Assembly: GCF_018350175.1 (NCBI RefSeq)
Contig: NC_058368.1
Coordinates: 188,854,001-188,918,000, forward strand
DNA: 64,000 nucleotides
DNA from: Felis catus
Taxonomy: Eukaryota
Reading direction: 5' to 3'
Shown here: positions 51,295 through 63,225 of the stretch, piece by piece
Layout: every line of letters starts with the position of its first letter
Numbering within the stretch: the first letter of the stretch is position 1
Program-made: the position numbers and the translations under genes
Notes under the pieces: model-generated
Database searches by the model: none
Seen by the model: only the letters and a program-made list of their open reading frames with translations
Told to the model about the DNA's origin: nothing

Positions 51295-51570
51295 ATTTGA
51301 GAGAGTCAGGGTGGTGCCCCAGTGCATGGGATACTTGTACTGTGTCTTGACTGTTGAGTAGTTGTTTGGGTGAGAAGGATGAGAGAGGGAAGAGGAATTA
51401 TGCAAGGAGAGAGCTGCAGCATGTGCAAAGAGGCGGAGTTGGCAAAGCAGAGACTGTGTGGAGGGGAAGGAGAAGTGGTCCAATGTAGCTGCAACATAAG
51501 CTGGGAGGCAGAGTGAGAGAAAGAAAGTCACAGATGTAGGTTTGGTCCAGATCATGAAGGAAAGGGGTGC
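51295..51570 (-). mobile_element. L2 fragment
   Basis: gagtcagggtggtgcccc...cagcatgtgcaaagagg...ccaatgtagctg...ccagatcatgaagg. Confidence 0.7.
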
Positions 51571-51744
51571 TACAGAGGTGGAAGGAGGCTTTAATTTTTT
51601 TTTTTTAATGGGTAGGCATGTGCAAAGATTTTAGCACACAGTGTCTAAGGACTGAGACAAATTCAGTCCATATCAGTTGCACTATATCAGTTGGTGCATC
51701 TCCTGGTAGCACAGAGAACGTGGGCTCCTGGAGAGCTTTGTTCC

Positions 51745-52000
51745 AGCTCTCAGAGCACAGGCTGCTGAGGGAGACTGCATTCAAATCTTGTCTATACCTG
51801 CCATGAACATTAAGTAACTTGGTGGGCAAGTTACTTAATTTCTCTGTGATTCAGCTGTTTTCTTACTTGGAGAATTGAGGCAGAGTTGGAGGGTGGATGG
51901 GTGGGCAGGGAATTGCAGGGTTCCTATGAGGATTAAAACGAAGTATGCACTAAGCACGGTACCTGGTACATAGTAACTATTCAATAAACATTAGCTGTGC
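51745..52000 (+). mobile_element. MIR SINE with a G-rich internal segment
   Basis: gcattcaaatctt...tgggcaagttacttaatttctctgtg...tgaggattaaa...cctggtacatagtaact. Confidence 0.85.
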
Positions 52001-52899
52001 TTTTACTCATTACTTTTCTTCTAAAGTCTAACCACTTAGTAGAGTATTTAGTAAAAACTAGGTAAAAACTTAGTAAAGGCTAGGCTACTTTGGAGCCGTC
52101 TTTCCCTTAAAAGGAGTATTACCCATGATCAGAAGAAAATGACTCCTGAGTCATCTTGGTTAAGAATCATCACATTAGAGCTTGCATGCAAACTTGATCC
52201 CATGGTTCAAGGAAAAGTACATGAAATCGCCTATTTTCCCAGGCCATTGTTCCATTTGAGAACAATTTATCATCATCATTATGTTTGTAAGGGAAGAGAC
52301 TTCTTAGTTAAAATAAGACTCGAAATACCCTCTGGGTTCAGGGAAATGGATCTGGAAGTAGACTGGAATTCAAGAAGATGCAGTGCTGTCTCTCTACAAC
52401 TCTTGGCCCTAGTTGGGGGTGGGGGAGTTGTGTCAGGTTTTAGTCAGGGGGGGGGGTCTCTTCATTACCATGGCAACCATCAGTAGCAGAGCCTAGAGTT
52501 TTCTCAGGAGTAGAACTTGGGGACCTCTCCTCCAGCCTTTCATACCCAGCTGCATCTTCTTCTAAGCCTAATTCTGTGCTTTGCTTTAATGGGAAACCAG
52601 TCCTTTATCACCATTTTATTTCTCTCTTCCATGTTGTGTGGGTCTTCCTTCCATACTTAAGGATCTAGCTTTGAGTCCACTGGGAAAGATGTTAAAGGCC
52701 AGGTGTATATGTTTTTGGCAGGGAGGTCCCATCATAGTGTCACTTTAACAGGTGGGCACTTAAATATTGCTGGGACAAGATTTTATTTTCATGTGTCACT
52801 CTACAAGGGGATCTACAAGGGGATCTTAGCTAGACGTGCTAAGGAGAAAGTCCTTTCACTTAGTCATTGTTAAAAGTTAGAAAAATCAGAAAATTGGTA

Positions 52900-53175
52900 A
52901 TCCCATCCATTCACTTACTTGTTCATTCATTTAGCAAATATTTGACTGCCAGATGCCAAATGCTCTAAGGTTCTAGGTAAAAGTTCTAGGTAAAAGGTAA
53001 AAATGGAGGAGGCCCATTGAGGGAGGATGCAGGGAAGGCATCCCTGGGGAGATGATGTCAAAGGGAGACCTAAAAGATGAGAAAGAACTAAGGCCAGATC
53101 ATTTTAGGTCCCAGAGTGGGAAGGAACTTGGCGTGTTTGTGGAAGTAAGAGGAAGTCCCCATGGCTGGAGTACTT
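52900..53175 (-). mobile_element. L2 fragment
   Basis: tcattcatttagcaaatattt...cagggaaggcatccctggggagatgatg...gagacctaaaagatgag. Confidence 0.75.
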
Positions 53176-53179
53176 AGGA

Positions 53180-53340
53180 ATTGGAACAGAAGCTACTACT
53201 AATCAGCTGGATGACTTTGGCCATGCCACTTGATCTCTGTGAGGCTCAGTAGACTCATCTATCAAATGTGGGTGATTTTACCCACCCCTACCACGTCCTT
53301 CAAGGTTTTTTGAAGACTGATTGAATAAAAGTTAGAAAAA
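53180..53340 (+). mobile_element. MIR fragment
   Basis: actaatcagctggatgactttggccatgccactt...ctcatctatcaaatg. Confidence 0.7.
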
Positions 53341-53574
53341 AAAATATTTTTAAGTGAAGCATGGTTTTAAAATTGTAGCCTGTTTTTTTTTTTTAAACTA
53401 TTGATTTAGGGAAGATTATTACTAATAGAACTTAGCACAAGTTTGAATATCTGTTTTTCATCCAAAGAGGTTTATTCCTATAATACTGGAAGGCTGCTCT
53501 AATCACAGAGTTTAATTTCTAACTGGGTCCAACCATAAACAGTGAGCCCAATAATATAGTCTTGCTCTCTTTTA

Positions 53575-53765
53575 TGGACGGTATCCTGACCTCAGATCTC
53601 AGTTCTGCCATTTATGGTTGGGCTCTTTTACCAACCTCACTGGCTTCAGTATATTTATCTGTGAAATGGGGATATTATTAGGACCTAACTAATGGGGTTG
53701 TGGTAAGGATTCATTGGAATGATTCCTGTAAATGCCTGTGCCTGGCACATGCTGAGTGAAGTGGG
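53575..53765 (+). mobile_element. MIR SINE
   Basis: atctgtgaaatggggatattattaggaccta...gggttgtggtaaggatt...gtgcctggcacat. Confidence 0.8.
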
Positions 53766-54467
53766 GACTCTTTATGTGAAAATAGGAGTGATTCTTATGC
53801 CAGTGAGGCCTGAGCAGATTCAAGTGTCCTCTCACTAAAAGTAAGAAGGGATAAATTTGCTTATACTGGGTTGATGGTGTTTTCTTTCATAGAGAAAGTT
53901 CCAAATTGCTGACTTTTGAGGTCACAGACTCTTCAGAAGCTGGAGGAAGGCACCGAGTCAGGTGTTTTGTTTCCTACATGGTTAATTGGTTGTAAAATGC
54001 TACTAAAACTTACTGCTTTTGATTGAATTAAGTGCCCTGGGAAATCCAGCTGTGAACAGGAGGGCATGGGAGGTTTTTCCTGGGTCTCTCTGTTCGCTGT
54101 CTGTGGACAGCGCATGCTGGTAAATATGCACTGCCTTCACTTTTGCTTCCGGCTGCAGGTACTTTTCCGAACCTTCCCTTCACCCAACCTGCCAGCTGCC
54201 AAAGGTCTGGGAGAAAATCAAGCTTGACCACATCTGGATTTCAGGTGACAAGGATTCTCAGCAATAATAAAACAAAAGAAAACAAGCCATTGTTTTAAAA
54301 GCAAGAACTACTTTTGTTTTCTTAATGAGAGGAGTCCCATTTAGCAGAGCCACAGGGGTTCTTCTTTCATTATAACTTTTTAAAACTCAAAGTTGGGCAC
54401 AAAGAAGGCCTACCCTAGCCTCCCAGGCAAATGAGTTGCTGCTACTTCGGTTATTATAGCTTAGAAC

Positions 54468-54755
54468 AAGAGATGCAAACAGGGACCCCTCTCTCAGATT
54501 TGTTTTGTCTGGCACCGTATATCGCCTGGAAGACTGGCACATTCCGCACTTAACAACCTATATTTCTAGCTTCTCTTGAGAGGGGAGGCTCTGGCAACAC
54601 TGTCCTTATGTTCTCCATGGAGTCAGTTGACTGGAGGAAAACTGAGGCTGTCCATTGTAGACAAGGGATTTACTCTTCCATTCATATAGTTTCTGGTACA
54701 CTGTCTGTGGTTGTACATGCAGCTTAGTTCACACATTGATGTTACCTACTTGGAA
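54468..54755 (-). mobile_element. MER102-family fossil lacking its terminal ~30 bp
   Basis: tttgttttgtctggc...atttctagcttctcttga...tctggcaacactg...ttcacacattgatgttacctacttgg is the reverse complement of the recalled MER102 consensus and of the copy at 8225. Confidence 0.7.
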
Positions 54756-54883
54756 TATATTATATATTATATTGTATAGAATATATTATTATATGTATTA
54801 TACCTACCAAGTATATTAATATATGTATAATATATATATTAGATATAATATATTCCAAGCAGGTAACATCAATGTTTGAACTA
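54725..54883. repeat. Long inverted repeat: 41-bp arms, 39/41 complementary, 77-bp AT-rich spacer
   Basis: Arms at 54725-54765 and 54843-54883. Confidence 0.95.
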
Positions 54884-56849
54884 TATATATTATATATATA
54901 TAGTATATATATACTATATATTAGTGACTTAAGAAGAGGCCATAGGATATTGAAGTTGTATAGCCTGAAGTTACCAGGGCTTGACAGAATATAATATTCT
55001 CTTTCTTTTACACACTTTTTTGGGACCCTCCCTTCTGCTACCTTCTCAGCTTCATCATTGTGTCAGCATATCCATCTTTACACCTTCACCTTTTATGGAG
55101 ACTGATGTTTGATGTTAGCTCCCCCTATCTTCTCTCCTACCCACCTATCCCAGGGATAGGATCTCTATTAGGTGGGACAAGGGATTATATTCTATTATGG
55201 ATTCATCTCTTAGTACAGAGTTTCTAAGCAACCCTAGCTTTCTATTTTTCTAGGTTCAATTCTAGTAGACCAGGACCCAATGTTTTTTTAGCCACCCAAA
55301 CAAGCCAGACCTGTTTGTGACTAGCCAGACCTGGATCATAAGCACTACTCTTGTCTAAGCTTGGAATGAGTTTGTGCTGCTGAAATACAAGGACTCTTGG
55401 GTGATGGTGGGAAGTTTTTCAAAAGGAGAATAGAGGACAGTTATCAAAATAGGGGGGAATGGATTCTGGGCAGTCAATTCCCAAACTCCTTCCACAACCT
55501 GTGAAAACCCTGGACCCATTCTACAGAAAAGTGTTACCAAAATTTGGATGCAATGTTGAGGTGTTCAAGAACTCCAGTGTATCATCCACTAGTCTCTAGG
55601 TTAAGAATATCTGGACTAGATCATCTGTAAGTTCTCATTCCATTCTAGTGTTCTTTGTTTTATTAAATTTTTGACCAATTTTCATGATAACAGCTTCTTT
55701 GGAGTTTTGTTTCCAGTGTTTCAAGTTTAAGCTGTTAGAGAGTGACATGTAGTAGGGAGAGCAAGAGGGTATGACCTGTGAGCTACAAAGCACCTTCAGA
55801 AAGACTAAATTGTGTCATTGTTCGTCTACAATATTGCTTTAGTTTCATTTTCCATCAGCATCCTTATGATATCATGATAAATAGTGCTTAATAAAGTGTC
55901 AGATTCTATTTTGCATTATGATTTTAAAATGATAAATTTCTTTTTATATTTTTATGGACTAGAACACACAGACTTATTGGATCATTATAATATAAACTGG
56001 AATAATTTGGAGCTCATAAGATTATTGTCAGTGCTCTGTGGGCATGATGCTCACTGGTCATTTTTATTTGGAGACTGATCCTGAGCTTTAAATCCAAATT
56101 AAGGAGTCACTTGTTTTTGTCTGAACTTGGCTTGTGTGACGTGTTGGAATGCAGTAATTTTTTTTTTCCATGAGAGCCTTTGCTCAAATTAAATTTATTA
56201 TCCCCAATGGTGTGTGAGCCGAGGATGGGATGCTGAGATTGGGCCGGGGAAAGTGTCCAGAAAAGTGAACAGACAAATGGAGTGGATTTTTAAAAAGATG
56301 ATGATGATTTAAACAGGTTTCAAAAGAATTTTCATCTTTAGCAAGACTATGATTTTTCTCTTGGGACACAGCTTTTCAGCCGATGGCTTTTTTTCTTTTT
56401 TCTTTTTTCTTTTTTATATTTTTGGTAGAAAAGTGAGATTGTTTCTTTTCTTTGAAGCAAAAATTTGTCAAATAGCTGCTTACTCTGGCAACCAGAAACT
56501 CCTTTATTTTTCTGTGGCTTGTGCTGGAGATGAGGTGGAATGGGTGAGGAGAATTCAATTGTTCTTTTCATTCAGAGGTGATTTGACATAAGTTATTGTG
56601 ATGAGTTTCAGTGACACATGATTAGATGTCTAGCTTTTCTCTGCAATTCACTATTACTGATGCAAAACTCCATCATTGCATTTATTACATAGTATTAACA
56701 TTACTGTTGATTTTTAAAAATAAATTAGGTATTAATTCTCAAGGTTCAATGTACATGAAAATTATTTGAGTATCTTACCCCCTAACTTACTCCCACCAAG
56801 GTGAGTTTCCCAGATAATTCTGATGCAGGTGGCCCTGGGAAGTATACTT

Positions 56850-56970
56850 TGGTGAGCCTCCATAAGGGCAGGAACAGAGTTGTCTCTGTACTTGTGCTTA
56901 GCACATAGTGGGTGCTTAGTAAATACTTACTGAGTGAAAGATGGGCTGAATGAATAAATGGATGAGTTAA
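56850..56970 (+). mobile_element. L2 3' end
   Basis: ctccataagggcaggaac...cttagcacatagtgggtgcttagtaaatactt...tgaatgaat. Confidence 0.8.
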
Positions 56971-57629
56971 GGACGCACTCTGAACCAAGAAATAGCAAAC
57001 CATCAAGAGCTTTAATCACTGGTTTTCAACAAAGTCATTAGAAGGTTATGTAAAATTTTGGAGGGAGAAGATACATTTCATATTATTAGTTACATGTCCT
57101 TTTGTACCTTTGGGTTATGCTTAAATGTTTTAAGAACAATGGCAAATTTAATTTAGAGATAATATTTTAAACTTTGATGTTGAGAATTGTTTTAAGTAGG
57201 AAATTGAGGACATTGATGGTGTGGAATCTGCCCAGTTGATAGTCTTTTATGAATTATGCATATGTGAAACTAATAAATGATCTACATTTTACAAAGTGTA
57301 AGATGGGTAGCTCTTAACTCCTCTCATTTGAATTAACTGGCAAATCTAGAGCAAAAAGGCTTTGGCAAAGACACTCATCATTTTTAGTTCTTAATTTATC
57401 CATAACAGTATGGGGGCAACGTTCCCTAGGTTCTATGCTGAGTGACATTTCAGTTTTTACAACAATAAAGTTGTTTATTTTTCTTAAAGTAATCCTACTT
57501 ACAGAAAATTGAGAAAATATAGGGGAAAAGGAAAGAAGAACAAATAATCTTTGTGCTATAATTTAAAGTTACTGCCATTAATATATACAGTCAATTTAAG
57601 TCAGATATGCATTTTCTGTTTTCTATTAT

Positions 57630-58010
57630 GCAGCCATACTAGGTGCTGTGGAAAATAGAATGGCACTCTAAAAGTGTCTGCAGTGTTATGGAGAAGCACA
57701 TGATTACTTAAGTACCTGGAATACAATACGTGAAGACCAATTGTGACAAGAACTGTAACAGAATGTTGGATGAAGTGGTTAATTCCAGCTGGGGTATTTG
57801 GGAAGGTTTCATGGGCTCAGGGCATTTAAGCTGCTTCTGTAAGGAAAAGTAGAATTATGGGAAGCTGAGATGGTATTGAAATTAGGGAAGGCATTTCAGG
57901 CCCAGGAATGCAGCCTATGGTGAAGGCAGGAAGGAAACTTTATGTTCAGGGCACAGGGTGTAACTCAATGTGACTGAAGCAAAGAATGTTGGAGGGCCAA
58001 TGTGTCTGGA
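57630..58010 (-). mobile_element. L2 fragment
   Basis: tactaggtgctgtgga...gggaaggtttcatgg...catttaagctg...gggaaggcatttcaggc. Confidence 0.7.
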
Positions 58011-58964
58011 AAGGTAGAATGTGGACATCTGTGGGAACTTTGAAAGATTCCCTGATCCGTGGCTATTCGACCTTTCTTGGAAAATACTCAAATACCCTGT
58101 TGTCATAAGAGTCAAGAAGTTTTCCTGGAAGTTTGATTTTAAGTGCTTTCCTTCTCTTTTATTTTTCTTTTGGAGGAAAACTTGAACCAAAGTAATTATG
58201 ATCTTAATACAATTGGTATTAAAGGAGAATAATTGTACATGTTAGGCTTTTGAGGAATATTTGTCAGTTGAGTAAGTGAATGGTACTGAATGTTTATACT
58301 TCATAACATCTCGAAGAAAAAGTGAGTTGAGTGTCCAGAAAACCCATATGCTTCAGTTACTCTGGATTTGAACTTTTTGATCTCTCTCTGACACCTGTCA
58401 CCTTCACAAGGGAAATTAATATCGAAACCTTTTGAGGACTCAGGAGGAAAAGTGAAATTCTAACATCAGATTCTAAATGAATCTGCTTTAAAATTTTAAA
58501 CACAGGGGTGTTAAACAGAGGGGTATTAAAAGCCTTTGATTTTCAACCTGTGGCTTTCTGTCTGCAAAAAAGACATTCAAAGATAGTGACTAGTGGGACT
58601 GGTAGCTACATAATGTATGAATAAACCCTTGAAATGGTGTTCATTGACTCCTCCCAAGAGACCCAGATTATATTGGTTTCGCTTTGGCCATCATTCTCCA
58701 AATTTGGTTTGGCTCTATTACCAGACCCACCCACCGAGTAGGCCTTCATTATAGTTAAAATCCATTTGAAATAGGCAAGAGTGGTCATGGGCAAAATTGA
58801 AACAAATTAAAATTTATAATTGGGAATATTCTAGTGACAATACCAGAAATTTTTATGTTGACTTTATCTCTAATTTTGAATGAATCTGAAAATGGTAGTA
58901 AGAGTATAGTCAGACATAGTCAGTGATGTGTACTGCCATATAATATAATATATACATAACATAC

Positions 58965-59220
58965 GAAGGACTGTAGTTTAGTGGATGTGGGCTTCAAACC
59001 CAAACTGCCTACATTCAAATCCCAGCTGTACCACTTACTAGATAGGAAACCTTGGGCAAATTACCTAAGTATTTTATCTCAGTATCATTGAGATGAGAAT
59101 AGTGATAGTACTTCATAGGGTTGTTGTGAAGAGTAAATGAATTAATACATTTAAAGCACTCAGAACAGGGCCTCCACACCTCCACATGGTATATTCATGT
59201 ATTTGCTATAATAACTACTA
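58965..59220 (+). mobile_element. MIR SINE
   Basis: ttcaaatcccagctgtaccacttacta...ccttgggcaaattaccta...atagggttgttgtgaag...taaagcact. Confidence 0.9.
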
Positions 59221-59920
59221 AGTGGAGGCATTGAGGCTCCTCCTATCTCATTTTTTATGCTTGGCTTTCTGGAGTGGGACATTGTTATTGAAGCAACGTT
59301 GCTACTCGCATTTGCCTCTTTTCTGACCTGGAGAGGGAGTCTCACTAGTGACCCAGGATTCCAAGACCTGATGAATGTCTCAAGTCTTATCCCCTGGTCT
59401 GCAGAAGTTCTGTGCTGGGTGATTCCTTGAAGATCACGTTCCTTGTAATGAAAATGGTTTAAGACAGATATGTCTTCAGTCTGTCCTGAGCCCTGAGAAA
59501 GACAAACATACACTTGAGTTTGTTATCTACCTCATTCCTGCCAAGGGCCAGTGTTTGTACCTTAATGCACTTTTGGCGAGAAACACTTGGCACTTGAGTA
59601 ATCTTTGTAAAAGAGGATCCCTGAAGATGAACACCTTCTCTACAACACACAAGCTTATAACTTGTTGGATGTGTCATACTTTCTCACTTAATTTCCAGTC
59701 AAACCTTGTAGTTGGCATTAAACTGCAGCATCCTTGCTCTCGCTTCCCTTCTCTGTGTCATTTCTAAAAAGTTTCAATTTATTCTTTCCAGATTGGTCAT
59801 TGGTTATTTGTCCCCCTCTTTCCCTTTTCACTGTCCTGATGCTTTTTCCTAGCTTTCAGACTTGACTTCTAGCATAGGAGATCTATGTGCAATGAATGCT
59901 TTTTCTTAAAGCTATTTTTA

Positions 59921-59973
59921 TTTATTTACTTATTTATTTTTTAAATGTTTATTTATTTTTGAGAAAGAGAGAC

Positions 59974-60047
<74 letters not shown>

Positions 60048-60207
60048 TTGGGGATGGGCAGAGAGAGAAGGAGATACAGAATCAGAAGCAGGCTCCAGTC
60101 TCTGAGCTGTCAGCACAGAGCCCTACATGGCTCTCAACTCATGGACTGTGAGATCATGACCTGAGCTGAAGTCGAACACTCAACTGACTGAACCACCCAG
60201 GTGCTCC
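59921..60207 (-). mobile_element. Can-SINE, older, with an expanded internal (CT)n/(GA)n
   Basis: 16-bp TSD cttaaagctattttta at 59905-59920 and 60208-60223; about 80-bp GA-rich tract; CpG-decayed head. Confidence 0.96.
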
Positions 60208-60262
60208 CTTAAAGCTATTTTTAAATTCTTTCATCTGCTGCTATTCTATACCAATACCTTAC

Positions 60263-60264
60263 AT

Positions 60265-60310
<46 letters not shown>
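60263..60310. repeat. (ATTT)12 tetranucleotide microsatellite
   Basis: Direct read. Confidence 0.97.
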
Positions 60311-60311
<1 letters not shown>

Positions 60312-61954
60312 TAAATTCTTGCCACTAATTATGTCCTTTCATCAAGGCCAAACTCTGAGGTAACAAATGCTTCTCAAGTTGATCATGTTCATCCTTTCAG
60401 GCTGAGAATACTTTCCAGAAATGCCCAAGATCTGAGGGATCTTGGCCAAAGGAAAAAGTAAACTCCTTGAAGTCAGTAGCCAGTAATACGGGCAGCCACA
60501 TGCTCTCCCCCAGGGATCCCCAATATAGTGCCACAACTTGGTACCATTCCACCTTCCACTGTGGGGAGAGAGAAGAGAATTTGCTTCGTCTGCAAAGAAT
60601 CCCCTCAGGGTTCTTGTTTCTTTCTTTCTTCCTTCCTTGCTCTCAAACAGAACTGCAGGGGTTGAGTCAAGGCAGATATTCTCTCACTAGTGCATTTTAA
60701 TATCAGAAAAGGAAAGGTGGTCAGCCTGGTGGTGAGAGACCTTTGCCCTTACACAGGTTTGGCCTCCTCAGCCCGCCCTTGTGGCATCCTTGGGATTTTG
60801 GCAGACTTATGGGTATCATATTTTCACATGGATGAACTGTACTCTACAACTTCTTCTGTGTACCAGGAACCCAGAAGTGTTGGCATTGAAAGTAGAGGTT
60901 TTTCTTTCTAGCTGTTTTGGCTCCTCTGTTTTCAAGGGAGACCTATTTTTCATGGCTGTGGCCATGGGAGTCTTGTTTACCTCTTCACGGATGATGACGA
61001 TGGGACAGTGATGGCGTTTCTGAAACAGCCCCTGGCAACTTGAGAGGTCTGGGTAGGGATAGTTGCCTTCTGGTTAAACATTTTCAACTTGGGAGAATAC
61101 TCATACTCCTGGAAAGTCTTCCTTGGGTATGTCTGGGCAGTAGATTTGATCATGGAGGCAGGCAGTTCTATGCTTCGGTATCAAAGCAGAGATGATGGGG
61201 CAGTCTAAGGAAAGGACTTCTCCAAAAAGGCCCTTTGATTCGTGAGGCATTTCCCTCTGTACCCTCCAGTTAGCGTGTGTGCGAGCAACTTGAACTTCAC
61301 ACAGAAGGGGCCCCACAGTTGTTTCCACACAGCTGTTTCCTGCACTGGGGGAGAGTGAGTCTCCGTGTCCTGAATCTCTTTGGCAAGGATCATCTGCCAC
61401 ATAACCATCTGTGGGCATAAGTCAGAGGAACTTTGGGGGAGCTTTAAGACTGCAAAATGGGGGTTTTATGTCTTGGTTTAGGTGTGCCTTGATGCTTTTC
61501 TTTTCCAGCCTAGACATTATGATAGCAGCTGAAAACATCCAAACGTGATTTTTCAGAATTTGGGTGGAGGAGGTAAAAAGTCAACCTGCTCACCCTAGAT
61601 CTATTGCAATGCTTTGCATAATATTTAATGATGTACAAGCTGTCGCCTAATGGTCGGTTTTACTCTGTGTGCCCTTCAGTTCTGACTAGCTGGAGTCCTC
61701 CATGATTTAAGCTGCTACCTCTCTCCTTTATGTGTCTTGGCCTTTGGGTAAAACTGCTCTAGTCATTATTGTCTCTCCTTGGTTTCTTCTTTTTTCTTTT
61801 TGTAGGTCATTCAATGAAATCTGTAGTTCTCGTCAGTTACATAGGTCTTTGCTTCTTTTCTTAACCTTAACATTCAAAGACAGAAGAATACTTTTTGTAC
61901 CTGAAAATCTGAACATTCTTAGTGCTAGGCAGTGAGCAGTTGCCATAAATAAAT

Positions 61955-62155
61955 GATGATGAAAATAATTATCTCTTTTTCTATGCCAGGTACTATTTAA
62001 ACATTTCACATACGTTACTCATTTTATTCTCAATAACCCTTTAAAGCAGGTTCTGTTATTTCCCACATTTTACAGATGAGAAATTTAAGGTACAGGGAAG
62101 TTAAGTAATTTCTCTAAAGTCACACAATTAATTAAACAGTAAAGTTAGGATTATG
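61955..62155 (-). mobile_element. MIR SINE
   Basis: ctatgccaggtact...cattttacagatgagaaatttaagg...aagttaagtaatttctctaaagtcacaca. Confidence 0.9.
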
Positions 62156-62814
62156 ACAAAAGCCACACAGGGGTCCTGGAGAGAAGTACTGTTATTTTCA
62201 TGTTTTCGTAAGGCCACTGCAGAAATTTACCCATGGGGATCTTATCTCCAACCCAAGTTCTTGTCCAAGATTCTCTACTGTTGTCTTTATTGTAGAATGT
62301 TCTCATTTCTATCCCTTGGGAGTCCTGGATTCTGTTTAGGTGAACAGATTTACTAAAAACCCACTGGGTTCTGAGTCTTGTGTCATGTTCTGGGTATACA
62401 GAGATGATTTTTATTATTGTTGTTATTTTACATCCTCATATAGATGGATCAAAACATGTTGGCTACGTCAAAGAATTTTCCTTTTGGGGGAGCCTAGAGG
62501 TATCTTTGGTATCCAGTATTCTGCTAGTCACATAGAAGAATTCCCAATGTATTACTATCTATTGGTTGGTAAAATGTGACACAAGTAAACCATTGAATAA
62601 GCAATTTTGTTCTACAAATGTGTGTGTTCGGTTCAGTGAATGTTCAGTGATGAGCTACTGTTGTACATTAGCCTGACTGAGGAACCTAAATACAACTTTT
62701 AATAGGCTGTCACTTTTGGTTTTATGACCACCACTTTCCTAATTTTTAGTATTCTAAAAAGCTTAATGGCTCAACTGTTGAGCTCTTACCGGGTTGGCTT
62801 TTGAAAAGCTACAT

Positions 62815-62995
62815 TATCTTGAAAAAAAATCATACAACTAGAAGTCGGAACATGTGGGTTGTAGTTCCAGCTGTTGTAACTATTATAACTGTGTGGCTAT
62901 TCTCATGTCTTCTGATCTCTCAATTTTTTCATATGTGCAATGAAACAGTTCAACTAAGTGACGGTTAAGGTCACTTAGAAAGTCTTGCAATTCAT
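62815..62995 (+). mobile_element. MIR3-like fragment
   Basis: catgtgggttgtagttccagct...aactgtgtgg...tctcaattttttcatatgtgcaatg. Confidence 0.55.
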
Positions 62996-63029
62996 GGAAA
63001 CAAACATATACCATAAGGAGTCTTTTGAC

Positions 63030-63225
63030 CAATATAGGTTATGAGTTTAGTTTTGACTGTAGATAAATATCTTAATTTTGTTGAGTCTTAGTTTTCTTCC
63101 TTTTAAATAGGTTGATGATTCCTGGCATGCTTAATTTATAGGACTTCTATGAGGATTTAGTGAGATACTAGAGATGTAAGTGCTTTGAATCACATAATAC
63201 ACTGTATGAACATAAGATGATATTA
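63030..63225 (+). mobile_element. MIR fragment
   Basis: ttgagtcttagttttcttcc...tgaggatttagtgagata...gatgtaagtgctttg. Confidence 0.7.

Noticed and set aside
54095..54112. REST/RE1-like cgctgtc-tgtg-gacagcg
   Set aside because: Only right half-sites; the TTCAGCACC half is absent.
61770..61935. Strong acceptor (tttttgtag at 61805) with a possible donor at 61932
   Set aside because: Donor mediocre and peptide unrecognisable; such pseudo-exons are common.
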